A stretch of DNA of 64,000 nucleotides from Octopus vulgaris (Eukaryota). Below, piece by piece: positions 1-15,942 of the stretch (the stretch's first letter is position 1; every line of letters begins with the position of its first letter). The position numbers and the translations under genes were made by a program. The notes under the pieces are model-generated. The model was not told the origin of the DNA. It saw nothing but the letters and a program-made list of their open reading frames with translations, and searched no databases. The DNA is taken from assembly GCA_951406725.2 (NCBI GenBank), contig OX597817.1:14074001-14138000 (forward strand). The letters run 5' to 3'.

Positions 1-475
1 TTATTATTATTATCATCATCATTATCATCATCATCATCAGTGATATTGTTATGGTCATTATCTTGATATTGTTATTATTGTTGTTGTTTTTGTTCTCAAT
101 TCTGTAATTATATTGCTTAATTATTATTTTCTTAATTACTTAAAATTAACTTTTGATTTATTTAAAATTTATTTTTTAGCGTTTTACTTTATTTTTTTTA
201 TCTACATTCATCTTAATCATATCGCAATTATTTTAATTTTCAACATTTATTCTCTCCAAAAATTCTTTTTGAAATAGAATATTTTCCTTAGTAAATAAGA
301 CATTGGTTATTTTCTTTAAGAATTCTCATTAACTCATCTTGTTCTTTTTCTTCTCATAGTCGATATTTAGAATGAATATATATATACATATATATATATA
401 TATACCGGAGTAAACACATAAATGTGAAACAAGGTGGAAAAAAGAGTACTCAAATACCAGTGGTAGAGTAATATG

Positions 476-526
476 CTTTATTTTAAGCAGCAGAAAATTC
501 AACAATTTTCTGCTGCTTAAAATAAA

Positions 527-527
<1 letters not shown>
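476..527. repeat. Perfect 24-bp hairpin at the end of a short element embedded in (TA)n
   Basis: ctttattttaagcagcagaaaatt-caac-aattttctgctgcttaaaataaag; (TA)n on both sides of 404-528. Confidence 0.85.
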
Positions 528-565
<38 letters not shown>

Positions 566-905
566 TTACTGTTCCGTGATGGTTAGATCAACAGAAAACA
601 CTTCATCTGGTGAGAGATAAATATTATTTAATAACACAGTGTATGTCTTTGTGTGCTGAGTGTTAAAAAAATTGTCTGGCATGCTCTCAGCACATGAAAG
701 TAATAGTAGCACATGAATCATATATTGCGTTTATTAAATAACATACACACACACACAATACACACACACGCACACACACTCACACACACACACATATATA
801 TAAACTTAGATAAACTTAGATATGTTTCGACCAAAGATTGGTCCAGGCCATGTCTGTATATATATTGCACACGAAGTGTTAGGGATCAACAGAATGATGA
901 GTACA

Positions 906-1305
906 TCTTTATGTATAAAAGTAAGGTTGTGTGCTGTCTGTCTCCTACGATTTAGATTCCTAACTACTCCCACATTTTGCGGTGCAGTTTAACCAAAACC
1001 GGGTATCTTATAGTCGTGATTCATATCGAGCCCTTCTGGGTATTAGCGCGCGTCTACGATGAGTCTACGATTTTAAAAAGAATTTACCATCAATTTTTCC
1101 CATTTTTAATGCATTTTTAGCATATATAAGGGAAGTAACTTTCTAAAAATTTATTATTAAATCTCAGAACGTAAAACGCTACAGTAATACCCCCCCCCCT
1201 TTGTGGTTAGCCATATTGAGATGGCTATTATACTTTACATCTCTAAAAAATGCTCATATAGTTATTTCCCTTACAAACCCGAGCAACGCTGGGCGATACT
1301 GCTAG
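906..1305 (+). mobile_element. Non-autonomous Helitron-type element
   Basis: Starts A|TC, has a subterminal hairpin cccgagc-aac-gctggg (1278-1293) and ends CTAG|T; these are canonical Helitron termini. Confidence 0.7.
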
Positions 1306-1454
1306 TATACTTATAAAATGCTTCTGTAAACTGTAATACTAAAAGCATTCGCTGCGGGATACTGTATAGGAGAAAAGAATTTCTCTACATCGATTTCTGT
1401 GCAAAAACACATCAAGCTGATCGCTGGTCCACGTCACTAGACTACTAAATACTA

Positions 1455-1849
1455 TTTTACTTGTTTCAGTCATTTGACTGCGGCCATGTTGGAGCACCGC
1501 CTTTAGTCGAGCAAATCGACCCCGGGACTTATTCTTTGTAAGCCCAGTACTTATTCTATCGGTCTCTTTTGCCGAACTGCTAAGTAACGGGGACGTAAAC
1601 ACACCAGCATCGGTTGTCAAGCAATGCTAGGGGGACAAACACAGACACACAAACATATACACATACACATACATATACATATATATACATATATACGACA
1701 GGCTTCTTTCAGTTTCCGTCTACCAAATCCACTCACAAGGCATTGGTCGGCCCGGGGCTATAGCAGAAGACACTTGCCCAAGGTGCCACGCAATGGGACT
1801 GAACCCAGAATGGTTAGCAAGCTATTTACCACACATCCACTCCTGCGCC
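1455..1849 (-). mobile_element. tRNA-derived SINE, family A
   Basis: Matches about 10 other copies in the window: head ggcgcaggagtggctgtgtggtaag, internal TA/TG tract, tail gactgaaacaagtaaaag. Confidence 0.9.
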
Positions 1850-2206
1850 TATATATTGTTTTGGTGAGGTTTTTTTATACACAAAGATTAAAACGAGAGA
1901 TTTTTCCCTATACAAATGCTACAGCGAATGCGTTTCACATTATAAAGACCGGGGGAACGTGCTAAAAGTAAATGTACACAGCTATATTTGGATCCTTGTG
2001 GCTTCGTGCATTTATGATGAATTTATCCCAGCTTGGTAAACTTCAGGACACATAAGTAAAAAAGTAATGTTTGCTGTCTCGAGTACACACAAGAAAACGT
2101 TCCAGCTTAGTTTCTGAACAGTGTAAGCCAATGAGGAGACGAACTCACATGTATGTGCATATTATATAGCTATACACCTGCATATATGCATACATGTATA
2201 CACATG

Positions 2207-2435
2207 TGCTGGCAGACTCGTTAGCGCGCCGGGCTAAATGCTTAGCGGTATTTCGTCTGTCATTACGATCTGAGTTCAAATTCCGCCGAGGTCGACTTTA
2301 CCATTCATCCTTTCGGGGTCGATAAATAAAGTATCAGTTTCGCACTGGGGGGGGGGTCGATGTAATCAACTTAATCCCTTTGTCTGTCCTTGTTTGCCCC
2401 CTCTATGTTTAGCCCTTTGTGGGCAATAAAGAAAT
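2207..2435 (+). mobile_element. SINE family B monomer
   Basis: B-box-like gagttcaaattc plus ttcatcctttcggggtcgataaa domain shared with other copies. Confidence 0.85.
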
Positions 2436-2475
2436 ATATATTATATGGCTATATACCTGCATATATGCATACATG

Positions 2476-2565
<90 letters not shown>

Positions 2566-3012
2566 TAATTTTCGGGAAAGATACTCTTTAGCCTGTAGTA
2601 TCACGTAACTCGGGCTAAGTAAAGTTTTAACATTTACTTCGAGATTGTCTCTGCATAGCAAAATCTCAAGAGCCATTTTGAAGGAAAAACCTTCACACGC
2701 GCGCGCGCGCACACATACACACACACATAGATGGATAGATAGATAGATAGATATATTTCTTTATTAGCCACACAGGGCTGCACACAGACAAGACAAACTT
2801 ACAAGGTAGAGCTTTTCTTTTGGGGGTAAAAGAAGGGGGTTTGGTTTTCGATCAAAAGGGATCGTAAATGGAAAGAAAGAGGACAAAAAAGGGGGGGGAT
2901 AAAATAAGATTTTTTTAAAAAGGTGGGGAGGGAAAGGAAAAAAATTGATCAATAGGGATCGTTATCACAGAAATGTCAATATGAAGTGTAAAGGGGAGGA
3001 CAGGTGAGGTTT

Positions 3013-3254
<242 letters not shown>

Positions 3255-3354
3255 TGTATATGTTGATATCCCGGTACTTCGCTCCTAGTAATACGTAATT
3301 TCAAATCTCTTCACAATAACTTAAGTATTGCTTTTGACAGAGACGAAATACACA

Positions 3355-3430
<76 letters not shown>

Positions 3431-3775
3431 ATTATAAGGCTACGCGTTAAGCAATGAAATTGCCACTAAACAGATACCTTCCAAAAATAACGTTTTATTT
3501 TTCCAGCTGACGATTTGAAACTCATATGTTATTTTACACGAGGGCGTATCACATAAACATAAGCCTACGTATCATGGAAGCTTATACATATTATGTTCTT
3601 ATATTCGTATCTTGTTTGGATTTCGTTTCGGCTTCTATATTTCACTGCTCTAGTGTCCACATGGCCATTAAGCGACCAATAGTAAACTTTACCGCACAGA
3701 AGCATATTTTCAATGTATTTTGTTAGATATTTTCTTGTATATATAAGTATATATATATATATATATATTATAAGG

Positions 3776-3848
<73 letters not shown>

Positions 3849-3855
3849 CTCAGGA

Positions 3856-3886
<31 letters not shown>

Positions 3887-4283
3887 GGCTCAGGAGTGGC
3901 TGTGTGGTAAGTAGCTTGCTAACCAACCACATGGTTCCGGGTTCAGTCCCACTGCGTGGCATCTTGGGCAAGTGTCTTCTGCTGTAGCCCCGGGCCGACC
4001 AATGCCTTGTGAGTGGATTTGGTAGACGGAAACTGAAAGAAGCCTGTCGTATATATGTATATATATGTATATGTATGTGTATGTGTTGGTCCCCCTAGCA
4101 TTGCTTGACAACCGATGCTGGTGTGTTTACGTCCCCGTCACTTAGCGGTTCGGCAAAAGAGAGCGATAGAATAAGTACTGGGCTTACAAAGAATAAGCCC
4201 TGGGGTCGATTTGCTCGACTAAAGGCGGTGCTCCAGCATGGCCGCAGTCAAATGACTGAAACAAGTAAAAGAGTAAAAGAGTA
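3887..4283 (+). mobile_element. SINE family A, full length
   Basis: Full head-to-tail match to other copies; (gtaaaaga)n tail. Confidence 0.92.
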
Positions 4284-5255
4284 TATATATAAATATAGCC
4301 CAAGATACTTGATTCAAATGTTTGATCTGTCAGAGAATCTACAGGCTAGAGTCTCTATTTATCCGAAAATTTGGTAATTTGGAATATGTTTACGATAACT
4401 CTTGAGTTATATTCACGTATGTGTTTGAGAATGAGAATTCTCACTCTTGAGAAAATCTCGAACATCGTTTGTCACAGTAAGCTTTTATATCTGTTTAAAG
4501 AATGATGAATTTGGCAACCTTAGGGAATTGATTGAGACAAATGACTGACAGCGTTCTTACGCCAGATTCGATTTCTGCTTGAGATATTTTAGTAGAAACA
4601 TCCAATACATTCAAACAAAACACCTTAGCAATACAATAAGTCAGTAATGATGGTGATATAAACTCACATTTAAATATATGAGACACAATACTCCGTTTAC
4701 ACCGAAACAACACATACACATATAAATTAATATGTATGTATATTTACATCTAGTCTGGAAGTGTCCACGTAAAGGCAAAACGTCAAACCGAAAAGTATTC
4801 TCCTCTAGAAACGAAGCAGTAGATAAAGAAACCCACAGAATCAAAGGAACAATAGTCAATAACAGGTAATCTAAAAAAAAATAATGGACCAAATTATAAA
4901 ACAATATAAACACGAATAGAAGGTAACAAATACGTCTAAATATAGAATAGATGAGCGCTTTATAGAAAACTTCATGAAACACAACACAAAATTAATTAGC
5001 CAAATACTTATCTCTCTCTTTCTCTCCCTCCCCTCCTCTCTCTCTCTCTCTCTGTATGTATGTATGTATATATATAATGGCGAAACCTCTCGACGAAGAA
5101 GACACATGAGGGAATATAACAAAAAAACACAAATGTAATTCAATGAAAAACAAACGTTAAGTTCACACTTCTATTTCCTTGATCGTAAACAGATGACGTG
5201 TTAACCCTTTAGCATTCAGATAACTCAGTCAAATATAATGCTTATTTAAATAAAT

Positions 5256-6827
5256 TTTGACGAAGTCAAACGTGTTATTCAAGGCCTCGATGTCAACAAG
5301 GGTCAGGGCCCTGACGGCATACACCCACGGGTTATCAAAGCGTTGGCTCCGGTCATCTGCGAGCCCCTAACACGTCTATTCAATATGTCATTGGCGACGG
5401 GTGTTATACCTGCGGACTGGAGAACAGCGATAATCTGCCCAATTTTCAAGAAAGGGAGCCGCGAAGACCCGCTTAGCTACCGACCGGTTTCCCTTACATC
5501 AATAATCAGCAAGATGTTCGAAACCATCCTTAAGAAAAGTATGATGCTCCACCTCCAAAACACAGCCTCTATCTCTGATTCCCAACACGGCTTCGTGCCG
5601 AAGAGATCATGCTTGACCAACTTACTGGTAATGGAAGAATTGGTGACGCGCATCCTCGATGATAGTGATGCTGTTGACATCGTTTTATTGGACTTTGCCA
5701 AAGCTTTTGACTCGGTAAACCACCGCCTATTACTTGTCAAGCTTCAAGCATATAGTTTCCATCCGGATATTGTACGATGGGTTGGTGCCTTCCTCTCAGA
5801 TCGCTCCTTCCAAGGCCAAGTTAATGGTTCGCGGTTCGACGTCTCCAGTGGCGTGCCTCAAGGTTCAGTGCTTGGGCCCTTATTGTTCTTAGTCTTCATA
5901 AATGACTTGCCCGACGACCTCACGCAACACACCCTTCTATTTGCCGACGATGTCAAACTGGTCGCTCCTCGCGGTGATATAGAGGATCTTCGTCGATGCC
6001 TCCACCAAATTTGGAGGTGGTCTAACGAATGGGACCTGTGTCTGAACGTGTCAAAGTGCTGTCATCTGCCTGTTGGCTCTCCTCCTGCAACTCAACTTGA
6101 TTTCGAGCCGGGTCGTCTGCTGCTGGAGAGGACCGATCAGGTAAAGGACCTGGGTATCTTGGTGGATTCCTCCTTTTCGCCTTCGGCCCAGTGCGTCCAT
6201 GCTGCCAACAAAGCACGCGGAATTCTGTTCTTGATTCAACGGTCATTCGGAATACTCACAGCAGCCATATTCCTACCGCTCAATGTCACGCTGGTGAGAC
6301 CCATATTGGAGTACGGGATTCAAGCCTCTTCTCCTTATCTCCTCAAAGACATACAGCATCTCGAAAGAGTCCAGAAGCTGGCTACCCGCATGGTTCATGG
6401 TCTCAAGAATTTGTCTTATGAAGAAAGGCTGAAGACGCTCGACCTTTATTCTCTAGAAAAACGCCGCCGCCGTGGTGATGTTATTCTCGCTCACAACATC
6501 ATAAGCGGAAAGTGTAACCTCTCGAAAGAGCTGTTCTTCACTCCTGCTCCAGAGCGTCGGCTGCGGGGTCATTCCGAAAAGCTCTACCTGCGATGATTTC
6601 ATCTCAATCGAAGGCGAGGAGCTTTCTCCGTCCGGGTTGCGGATCCGTGGAATAAGCTGCCGGACGAGATAGTGAAGATGCCGACGACCGCTCGGTTCAA
6701 AGTCTCCCTTGACCACAAGTGGCCTGAACTCTTTACATGAACACCACCCTGTACTTAACTCCATGTCCCCCTACATGGCCTTGTAGCCAAAAAATTAACT
6801 AACCAACTAACTAACTAACTAACTAAC
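5256..6827 (+). mobile_element. 5'-truncated CR1/L2-group non-LTR retrotransposon
   Basis: RT ORF, short 3' UTR and (TAAC)n tail at 6797-6827. Confidence 0.9.
5259..6740 (+). pseudogene. LINE ORF2 reverse transcriptase, truncated, with a premature stop at 6594-6596
   Basis: Motifs KGQGPDGI, YRPVSLTS, QHGF, LDFAKAFDSV, GVPQGSVLGP, FADD, KDLG; the frame continues past the TGA with RVADPWNKLP...FKVSLD to a stop at 6740. Confidence 0.92.
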
Positions 6828-7425
6828 ATTGCTTTCAATTAATCATGCATTGCCTCATAGCTTTGACATTTTGATGATGTGATTGCTATTTTTGAAATGA
6901 CATTGTAGGATAGGTGGGAGAGGCCAGCTCTGGCCAGTTTGAATATAAAACAAATAGAATATTTGAGGTATATATGGTCGGTTTAAATGCTAAAGGATTA
7001 AAACGTAACGAATGACTGGTTATTTTATTAGGTGTTCATACATCAATATAAATGGTTCTTTTCCTATGAAAAAATTATCAAAATCTGAATAATTTTTTGT
7101 AACTTCAAGCTTATTCAAGCCCTTACTCACGAACCCCGCCTCCACATACAAGCATACAAACACTCATATAGATGTATCTTTACAATACATTCTTACCAAA
7201 ACACGTACACTCAGGTGTCCATAAAAGTATATGCTACCTAATAAATCAAACGCTATTGAACACCGGAGATTCTTCTAACAAACTAACGTAGGCGAGTCTA
7301 AGAACAATATAATAAACGCAGATGAACACAAATAAAGCATAAGAAATATATTAAACTATGTAACAGACAAACATATTATCGAAAACAACCTCAAAGAACA
7401 CGAAATGTATTATAACCAAAGCCTA

Positions 7426-7497
<72 letters not shown>

Positions 7498-7505
7498 GTC
7501 TATAT

Positions 7506-7577
<72 letters not shown>

Positions 7578-7578
7578 A

Positions 7579-7616
<38 letters not shown>

Positions 7617-8464
7617 TATGATCCTACTTGCTTACGTAGGCTAAATTTTTTTAATTCCACAGTAATGGATTAAATAGATTATTTTTCTTAAACACCCATC
7701 ATTCAAAACGGGAACATGAATTATGACTTAAAATTAATTATATGCTCTGCTTTCGAAAATTAATCTTAGATACAATGGCTGCTGTGTTGACAGCGATACA
7801 CTGCCAAAAGGATCGAATATAATATACAAGTTTTCTTTTCTCTTCTGTATGATTGATGCGTCTTACATTGCATAAAGGTTGTAGATTGTCATCTTAAATG
7901 CACCTGCAAGATGAAGTATTTTACATAATTTTCATTAATTCTTAAAACCTGAGGCGTAAAAGACAAATCAAGAACCCCGGCAAATAAACAAACGAAGAAT
8001 AATAAAGATTATATGCACTCTCTCACTTTTACTCTCTCTCTCTCTGTCTGACTAGCTATCTGTGTAACTATCTTTCTGTCTGTCTGTCTATCTATATCTT
8101 GCGCGCCAACGCATATACATACACATTCATGAAAACATACACATGCACTCACACGCACATGTGCACACGCTCACATACATACGCGATGTATGCCCATACT
8201 GTGCACACGTGCGTAAGCAGTGTTATTTGCCTGATATGCTCTCAACGAGCTTTCAGAAGAATTTTATATAAACATTACATAATTTGACAACACAAGCCAC
8301 TTAAGTCAATACATGGTCTCTACGTGGTCGCTTGACCAGCAAAAAAAAAAAAAAGAAACAGCAGTTGAATCTCCCTCATATTACATCAGCCGTCTTGAAT
8401 AAAAAGGAGGAGTATACATTGGATGAGAAAAGGTAACATCTTTGATGATAAGTCTGTTCAGTAA

Positions 8465-8677
8465 GGCGGCGAACTGGCAGAAACGTTAGCACGCCGGGCG
8501 AAATGCTTAGCGGTATTTCGTCTGTCTTCACGTTCTGAGTTCAAATTCCGCCGAGGTCGACTTTGCCTTTCATCCTTTCGGGGTCGATTAAATAAGTACC
8601 AGTTACACACTGGGGTCGATCTAATCGGCTGGCTCCCTCCCCAAAAAATTTCTGGCCTTATATCTAGTATAGAAAAG
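8465..8677 (+). mobile_element. SINE family B monomer (second tail type)
   Basis: Family match; imperfect TSD gataagtctgttca / gataggtctgttca. Confidence 0.85.
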
Positions 8678-8739
8678 GATAGGTCTGTTCAATCACGGCT
8701 AACATGGTCTAAACAACAACAGAAATTACAACAAAATCA

Positions 8740-8773
<34 letters not shown>

Positions 8774-9161
8774 ACACATGCATACGCGCACACACAAACT
8801 ACATTCACGCTCAATTACGCATGCGCAGAACTTGTCGTGAGTAATATTTAGAATAAGCGGACTAGAAATATCGTCAGAAAGCAGATGATAATACTTTGCG
8901 ATATTTAGTCACTGCCTTTTCTGTTTTGCGCTCAAATCCCACGAAGGTCATCTTTGCCTCTCCCCAGTGACAGTAAACTAAACTACCAATCAATAACTAA
9001 GGCCAATGTAATCGACGATGCACGTCTTAGAAAATATCTGGCTCTGTGCTTGTGTTAGAAGCTATTATTATATCATAGTTAATATTTTTGTTCTTAGTTA
9101 ACTTAAGTGCTCTGATGAAACCCGTGCCAAACGTGAATAGTCTGTCTTCGTTTCAAACATA

Positions 9162-10756
<1,595 letters not shown>

Positions 10757-11199
10757 AACCACAGTGTCCTTCAAATTGGGATTTAACTGTTACTTTTGAA
10801 GATCTATTGATCCACACTGGGACTCCATTGTAATTGTCATGATGGTAGTTGGTAAAATTAACAGAGCAGCATTTTTTTTACCCTCTGAGTCCAAATCCTG
10901 CAGAAATTTATTTTATTATCCATTTTTCTTGGGTCAAGTACTAAGATCTATTTAATCGACCTACCCCTACACATACCTTTGTGACCTTACACCTGATATC
11001 GAAATTATTAAGTGGATAGCAGAAACGTGACAGATTTAGGACAGGGCTAAATACAAGGCTTTTCAGTTTTCAGTTACATCCCTTAATGCCACCTATTGAA
11101 TTTTCAATCAAACATTAAGCCGTAGATACTTTCCCAGATTTTGAGTGGATCAGTAATTGGAGGTTAGCCTTTGAGACGGGCCTGGGAGATAAGAGATTG

Positions 11200-11500
11200 G
11201 CTGGTGATATGTTTTGATTTCTACGTTGCGAGATCTAAAAGACGATGGTATTCAGATAGCTCCAGTTGATTTTACAAGAGGAAACTTCTAGCTATGTAGG
11301 GATTTACAGTCATGCTATATGGCAGGTTGAACCATTATATATTTCTCTTTCTGGTCTTGTTGTTTCAGTAGAGATGTTTCTTATAAACTCTTTAAAGTTA
11401 GTTCTTAATAGTACCGTATTGAAATAGCGGTGGGTACTTATTTTGATGCTTTCTTGTAAGACGATAAATTAGTTGTTTTCCTAATTCTGTTTTTCTTCCG
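11200..11500 (-). pseudogene. Decayed Penelope-like element ORF fragment
   Basis: Minus strand reads RNI*WFNLPYSMTVNPYIARSFL, resembling the WFNPPYS motif found between RT and GIY-YIG in Penelope-like elements. Confidence 0.5.
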
Positions 11501-12668
11501 TCTAGTCTAAAGGAAGTAACTACATTCATGGCCTTCGCCGACCCTTCGAAACCGCTGATATTGACGTCGCGTAAAATTTCCTCCAGAATTGCTGCGTGTC
11601 AACAGCTACAGGGATAGAATTCCAAATTCCCGAGATTCATGAAAGTAAGAATTGAGATGAGTGCCAAGTCTGATGGTGAACACAATCTGAGTGCCGAGAA
11701 AAGAATGAAAGAATGAATGAATGAATGAATGAACCGGGAGTTCATGAATGAAGAAGCACGTTCATAAGTGTACCAACTCCACAGTTGCATATGTGGACAT
11801 AGTACTCAATTATATAGCTCACCTGAACTTTTTAGATTCTTAGTAGTTTTGACTAAAGTATATTTGAGCTATTAACATTTTATGATGGCTGAGAGGCGTT
11901 TAGAATTTTTATGCCTGTTTCTTTATTTAATTATTCATTTTTTAAAAAGACATCACGTGAAAATACAACCGGGAGTAACGAAAGTATTGTGTAATTGGAG
12001 AGTAGTTTTGTTAAACTGCATTGTTAAGTTCAATTCCACTGATTCGAGAGGGATGGGTACCTAGATAGGTTACATAAATACACAGACCAGTAGCTACTTC
12101 TAGCATGTTCAGCGATCAACGTACAGATCCCTATAAATCTTTACATCTTCTCGGAAAAGGATTTTATGTAACTGGATATCAGGTGAGCATTTGATTGAAT
12201 TAACCCGAACGTATTGGTTTCGGTGGTCCTTTTTGGGTGCCCAGAAGCAAAAACGGCTCAGTCTAATTGAGGTATAAAAACAGAGATAGGAAATTACAAA
12301 CCATATTGTTGTAGATCCACCATTCTCCTGTTGGTTCGAAGATAGACAATTTTTTAAAAAATTTCTTACTTGGTCATAAGGTCACGCATTTAGAAAATGG
12401 TATTGTCGATTGCATCCGCCCCAGTATTTGACTGGTACTTAATATATATACGGATGTATAATACGAGTCTCTGTTTCATCCCATTTCCACCCAAAACTAG
12501 GCTCCTATATTTCATAAAATGAAATATAGGCTCCTATATTTTATAAAATGTGGATCTCAAATTCTGCGGACTATGAGAAGTTGTATGCAAGAGTAATGGC
12601 TGAAAGTATACTACCCCTGCTCTAGTACACACCGGCACATCTTATAAGTTATCGTTTTATTCCGATAT

Positions 12669-13054
12669 GGGAGCACTCCGTCGGTTACGACGACGAGGGT
12701 TCCGGTTGATCCGAATCAACGGAACAGCCTGCTCGTGAAATTAACGTGTAAGTGGCTGAGCATTCCACAGACACGTGCACCCTTAACGTAGATCTTGGGG
12801 ATATTCAGCGTGACACAGAGAGTGACAAAGCCGGCCCCTTGAAATACAGGTACAACAGAAACAGGAAGTAAGAGTGAGAGAAAGTTGTGGTGAAAGAGTA
12901 CAGCAGGGATCACCACCATCCCCTGCCGGAGCCTCGTGGAGCTTTTTATGTGTTTTTCGCTCAATAAACACTCACAACGCCCGGTCTGGGAATCGAAACC
13001 GCGATCCTATGACCGCGAGTCCGCTGCCCTAACCACTGGGCCATTGCGCCTCCA
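12669..13054 (-). mobile_element. tRNA-derived SINE family C
   Basis: Head ggcgcaatggcccagtggttagg and ggtttcgattccc B-box; TSD ttattccgatat (12657-12668 / 13056-13067). Confidence 0.92.
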
Positions 13055-13839
13055 CTTATTCCGATATATATGGCATGTTATCGACCCAAGAATGATGAAA
13101 AATCTAGACGCTCAATCTCAATACTACAACGTATTTTTCTTGACGATTTACGTAACTGAATCTGTCAATCCAGCGCCTTGATATCAATTATTGGTAGTCG
13201 ATTACAAATCAAATCAACAATATTTATTCGCATATTATTCATTCATTTATTCATTTATTTATTCACTTCGTGTTTTATTGAATATCACAAAGTTACCTCT
13301 TGTGTGCTAGGGCAGTGTATTGGCAGAGTCGTTAGAGCATCTCATGCGACTTCCTTATGTTTTTCATTCTCAGTTCCATCTCGCCAACGGGAATTATATC
13401 CTTTTTGGTCAACAAATTACAGATACTTATTCCTTCAAAGTTGCATATTTTTAACCCTTCGCCATAACCTTATAATGCTTACTTTTAATAGTCTTCTGAT
13501 TTTTGAATCTCAAGCGTTCAGAATGTATAATTTCTTTTTAATCATGAAAAATAAATCAAATTTTAAAATTCTTTTAAAATCTGAGTAGGGTTAGCGGAAT
13601 TATAGCTGTGGCACATTTTTGTGTATATAATAAATATATTTTATTTGCATATGTTGTTTGTATTTATAATTACATTTTCATCCTCAATAAAACAAAACTG
13701 AAACGGCGGTATTTTACATGTTCAAAATGTGAAAATAATACTTTTAAGTAAAAATAGTATATACTAGCTTGCTTCAAGCGCAAACGACCAAATATAGTCG
13801 TTTCAGATTACAGCACAAGATCAGTAAGTACGAGGAAGG

Positions 13840-13972
13840 AAGGAAGTCGATTACATCGACCCCAATGCTCGAATGATACTTATTTTATCGGCCCTGAAAG
13901 GATGAATGGTAAAGTCGACCTCGGCGGAACTTGAACTCAGAACGTATTAACGATTCTTCCAGCTCGCCGCCT
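13840..13972 (-). mobile_element. SINE family B, degenerate
   Basis: aaagtcgacctcggcggaacttgaactcagaacgt ... ccagctcgccgcc. Confidence 0.75.
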
Positions 13973-15769
13973 TCAAACGATAAAATAAAATAAAATAGGT
14001 TTTGTAGACTTGTGTGGTTTCCATGGATAGCCCCTGGAAGTATCCTCCAATAATGATGCATTTGGATCTAGTTTTTTTCATTCGCAAAATATGCTTTTTT
14101 TTTTCAAAGGAAGTAAAAAAAATCTGAAAATCGGCTATAATAATGTAGCCTTTCATTATCATTGCTTTGAAGGTATGGAGAAAGGTATGTAGAATAAAAA
14201 AAAATTGGAAAATACAGAGGTTTGAAAATCGAAAAAACTGGGTATTTTTAGCCAATAGCGAAACAGAAATTTTATGCGTTTAGCGGAGCGGTGTCATCTT
14301 TAAGGTTGTATCCTGTGAAATTTATAGTTTAGCGTCTGACCTGTTCATTGTAGATTTCTAAATAAACAGAAATATCTAATACAATCAATACGCATCATCT
14401 TACTGTTTCTTTACTCTCTTCATTGATTCTATGTTTTTATCATTTTTGAAAAATTTGTTATATTGATATATTTGTCTGTATGTGTTTACTTCATGTGTAC
14501 TTTAGTATTATGTATACCTGCCATGTATTTATGTACATCATTAATATATAATTGCATGTGGGGGGAGGTGCGTCTGTGGCCAAAACTTCAAAGTTGAGTA
14601 ACGTTTTCATGCTTGGATTTGTAAACTACAAGAATGACACTGGTCAACAAAGAATTTATCCCAAGGAAAATAATACCTGTATCTTATATGTTTTTGCATG
14701 CAGAATTCAAAAAATAATGTTAAATTATCTGTATCACCCGCAGTTTCTCTGTTCCATGATATCCCTCTCAGTTCCTGTTACGTGGGCTAAATTTCAGTTA
14801 AGCTGTTGAAATGTGAAGCTAACGGTTTAATAAGTTTAAATTTTTATGAATAGAATTAACCTAGTGAAATCCTAAATTCAGCTATCTGAGTCAATGAGTC
14901 CCAAAAATATATGAAATGAAAAATATGTAAAAGTACTAACACACAAAAAAAAGCACAGAAAAATACTGACACACAGAAGCACAGAAAAATATGTAATATA
15001 CTAACACACAGAAAAATTAAAACACGCGGGTGAAATCAACATAGATAACAGTGAACCACAATACAGCGTGCGGTTGTCATGGTAACAAGCTGCTAATACC
15101 ACGCTGTCTGTTGATTGGCTAAAATTACCTCCAAATTACCCAACTTTAATTCCAAATAACATCAGGTTCTTTAATTTACGAGATAAAGTAATTGGTTGAT
15201 CGTAATCAAAATTCAGAGTTGCGTCGATACACCAAAATTGATAGCAATCTGAGCAAAATTAAGCGGGGCTCATTTTGCGAATGAAAAATACTAGATCCAT
15301 GCATTTTCCCTATTGGAAAAATTCTTCCATATTGAAGTGTTTTGTGCCCATGTTTTTTATTCCTTTTATGTAGGCCCTTTGTGGCCTTTAAAGAAGTCAT
15401 CGCCATAACACAGCAACTTTGCTGGGGAATGCAACAAAGTGCCAGTTATCAACAACAGAGTGGACTAAGATAACATTCTTCATTTTTAGATTTCGAAGAT
15501 TCGGTGGAGAATTCGTACAGTTTTAAGTGTCTCTGTTTTCTGCCGATGCTCTCTCTATCTACCATAATTACCCCCTATCTCTTTCAATCCAGTTTGTAAC
15601 TTGTTACTAATAGTAACCAAGATTCCAACGACAGATATAACACTCACCATTCTTCAGTGACCACCGTCTTTAATCGCCATTTCAAATCATCACCATCAAC
15701 AACAACAACACCACCACCACCACCACCACCACTATCATCATCATCATCATTAAAACCATTATTGCCTAA

Positions 15770-15942
15770 CCCTTTAAGGCCGGGTATAAATAGCAAGTCT
15801 TTTCGTGCGGGACGCAAAAAAAAACAAAAACAGAGGTAAAAAATACAAGATGGCAATCAATTGGAAGTGTGTCAATAAGCCACACCCGCCCTCTGCAGAA
15901 GAAAGCATGTTGTGTCAATAAGTCACACCCGAGTTTAAAGGG
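15770..15942. mobile_element. Small piggyBac-like MITE
   Basis: ctaa-ccctttaa ... ttaaaggg-TTAA termini; internal direct repeat tgtgtcaataagYcacacccg. Confidence 0.5.

Larger units (their letters stand above)
5205..6997. mobile_element. TTAA-flanked piggyBac-like MITE interrupted by a LINE
   Basis: TTAA-ccctttagcatt ... aatgctaaagga-TTAA terminal inverted repeats. Confidence 0.65.

Noticed and set aside
1624-1965. Recurring ORFs such as RQASFSFRLPNPLTRHWSARGYSRRHLPK
   Set aside because: Antisense translations of SINE family A
9113-9150. CTGATGA...GAAT hammerhead candidate
   Set aside because: No convincing stems I-III and no GAAA
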